This document shows positions 36,278-37,589 of a stretch of 37,589 bases of DNA, one piece after another (positions within the stretch are counted from its first letter, which is position 1; the number at the start of each line of letters is the position of its first letter). The DNA is taken from NCBI GenBank assembly GCA_041178085.1, contig JBEGVZ010000097.1, forward strand, positions 1 to 37,589, written 5' to 3'. This DNA is from Pseudomonadota bacterium (GTDB taxonomy: Bacteria; Bdellovibrionota_B; Oligoflexia; Oligoflexales; RGVZ01). The translations under genes were made by a program, and so were the position numbers. The notes beneath the pieces are model-generated. The model was not told where the DNA came from. It saw only the letters and a list, made by a program, of their open reading frames with translations, and did not search any database.

Positions 36278-37589
36278 ATGATTGCCCACCGTTATCTGAG
36301 AAGCCACCTTTGGAGCCGTAAATGGCTTTACCTGGGTGGCTTTTTAAGTTTGCTCGTGACCAGCATCACCGAGGTGCTCGCCCCGAAATTCGCGCAGTGG
36401 ACCCTTGATTCCCTGATTGTTGCGCAAACTCGCAGTAATGGGGGCGGTGGAGTTGAGGATGCAAAGACGCGACTGGGTGTGTTGGCCGGTCAGTTTTTGG
36501 TCTTAGGTATGATCGCAATGGCTGGCCGGGCGGGCTGGCGTCACACGCTGGCACGCGCCACCCACGAGGCCGGGCGCATGTTGCGCATGGATTTCTGGGA
36601 CAAGACTTCGCGCATGGCGCTGCGTTTTTTCCGTGAAGGCAGCCTGGGTGACATGATGAGCCGCTTCAGTACGGACATCAACCAGGCGCGCATGCTGTTT
36701 GGGTTCACGCTGGTGTTGTGGATCGATTGCGTGTTGTTTTCCGTGTTCGCCTTTTCGGCCATGCTGTGGATCAGCTGGCGTGCGGGCCTGGCCTGCATGC
36801 TGGTGCTGGCAACCGTGCCGTTTTTCATCCGCAAGCTGGCGCGCCTTGAGTATGCTCAGCACGAGCGTGCGCAGGGCACCCTGGCCAACTTTTCCGATCG
36901 GATGGCGCAGAACCTTTCTGCCGTGCGCACTCAGAAGGCAAGTGGCGTGGCCGAGGCGTGGAACGCGATGCTGCGTTCCGGGGCACGTACGTACGCCCAC
37001 GACCGCGTGCGCGTTTTGAAAACCGGATTGAGGATTTTCCCGGTGACGTCATCTGCGTCGCTCGTGTGTGTTCTGGTTGTGATGGTGACCAGCTGGTTTG
37101 ACTTGCAGGCGGGTCGCATCACGCCGGGCGGAGTGTTTGCCCTCTTTGCCTATGCAACTTTGTTGCAGACACCGCTATTCGAATTGGCTGATCTGGTGTC
37201 CGAATGGCAACGCGGGCGGGCGAGTCTGGACCGCGTGCTCAACTTCCAGCGACAGGCGGATGCGGTTGGGGATGAGGGGACGAAGGACGCTGGTTTGACT
37301 GTGCTTCACCGGGCAGCGAATGCGCCCGATGCAGACACCGGTCTGGAACTGCGCAATCTGGAAGTTCGCGGGTGCCTCGACCGCAGCAAATCTCATGAGC
37401 GGCAGGGTTTCATGATGGGGCCTGTGAACCTCAAGGCGCGTCGCGGTGAGTGGATCGGTGTCGGCGGGCGGATTGGGGCAGGGAAGTCTTTGCTTTTGGC
37501 GACGATTGCCGGGATTCACCCGGACGCTTCGGGAGAAATCCTGGTTGATGGGGTGACTTACCTGCCGCAGCGGCCGTTCGTTTTTTCGG
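36278..37589 (+). CDS. ABC exporter half-transporter (TMD+NBD), truncated by the window end
   Basis: Manual translation, absent from the ORF track: MIAHRYLRSHLWSRKWLYLGG..., GDMMSRFSTD, Walker A GRIGAGKS near 37463-37488; AAGGA RBS (alternative GTG 36251). Confidence 0.88.
   Translation, partial: MIAHRYLRSHLWSRKWLYLGGFLSLLVTSITEVLAPKFAQWTLDSLIVAQTRSNGGGGVEDAKTRLGVLAGQFLVLGMIAMAGRAGWRHTLARATHEAGRMLRMDFWDKTSRMALRFFREGSLGDMMSRFSTDINQARMLFGFTLVLWIDCVLFSVFAFSAMLWISWRAGLACMLVLATVPFFIRKLARLEYAQHERAQGTLANFSDRMAQNLSAVRTQKASGVAEAWNAMLRSGARTYAHDRVRVLKTGLRIFPVTSSASLVCVLVVMVTSWFDLQAGRITPGGVFALFAYATLLQTPLFELADLVSEWQRGRASLDRVLNFQRQADAVGDEGTKDAGLTVLHRAANAPDADTGLELRNLEVRGCLDRSKSHERQGFMMGPVNLKARRGEWIGVGGRIGAGKSLLLATIAGIHPDASGEILVDGVTYLPQRPFVFS

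Noticed and set aside
36301..36346. Terminator-like hairpin AAGCCACC...GGTGGCTTTTT
   Set aside because: It lies inside the ABC transporter frame starting at 36278 (SHLWSRKWLYLGGFL); an attenuator role cannot be supported from sequence alone

Overview
Gene-dense, GC-rich bacterial chromosomal segment with about 38 CDS. I found no rRNA, tRNA, CRISPR array, integrase or transposase. The many orphan lipoproteins, stand-alone PilZ and HAMP proteins and sigma28-like motifs would fit a Bdellovibrionota/Oligoflexia-like organism, but that is inference only. Recognisable genes: comF-like, dps, acs, lemA, beta-CASP nuclease, DUF486, ctaA, yhbY, rpmG (missed by the ORF track), glyoxalase-II-like hydrolase, folE2, acetoacetate-CoA ligase and several ABC transporters. 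Most interesting: (1) a four-gene operon with an HTTM/SdpAB-like membrane pair between two orphan lipoproteins; (2) a sulfite-oxidase-family enzyme fused to two c-type cytochromes with no twin-arginine signal; (3) a roughly 1090-aa exported protein with hydrophobic helices and a DUF4347/caspase-like His-Cys domain; (4) a 34-aa Lys/Ala microprotein with its own RBS and terminator; (5) a PP2C sensor phosphatase inserted between the halves of a heterodimeric ABC exporter; (6) two apparent pseudo-proteases; (7) a structured RNA candidate upstream of dps; (8) an in-frame UGA at codon 6 of the acetoacetate-CoA ligase frame. All family calls come from motif recognition by eye; no searches were run.
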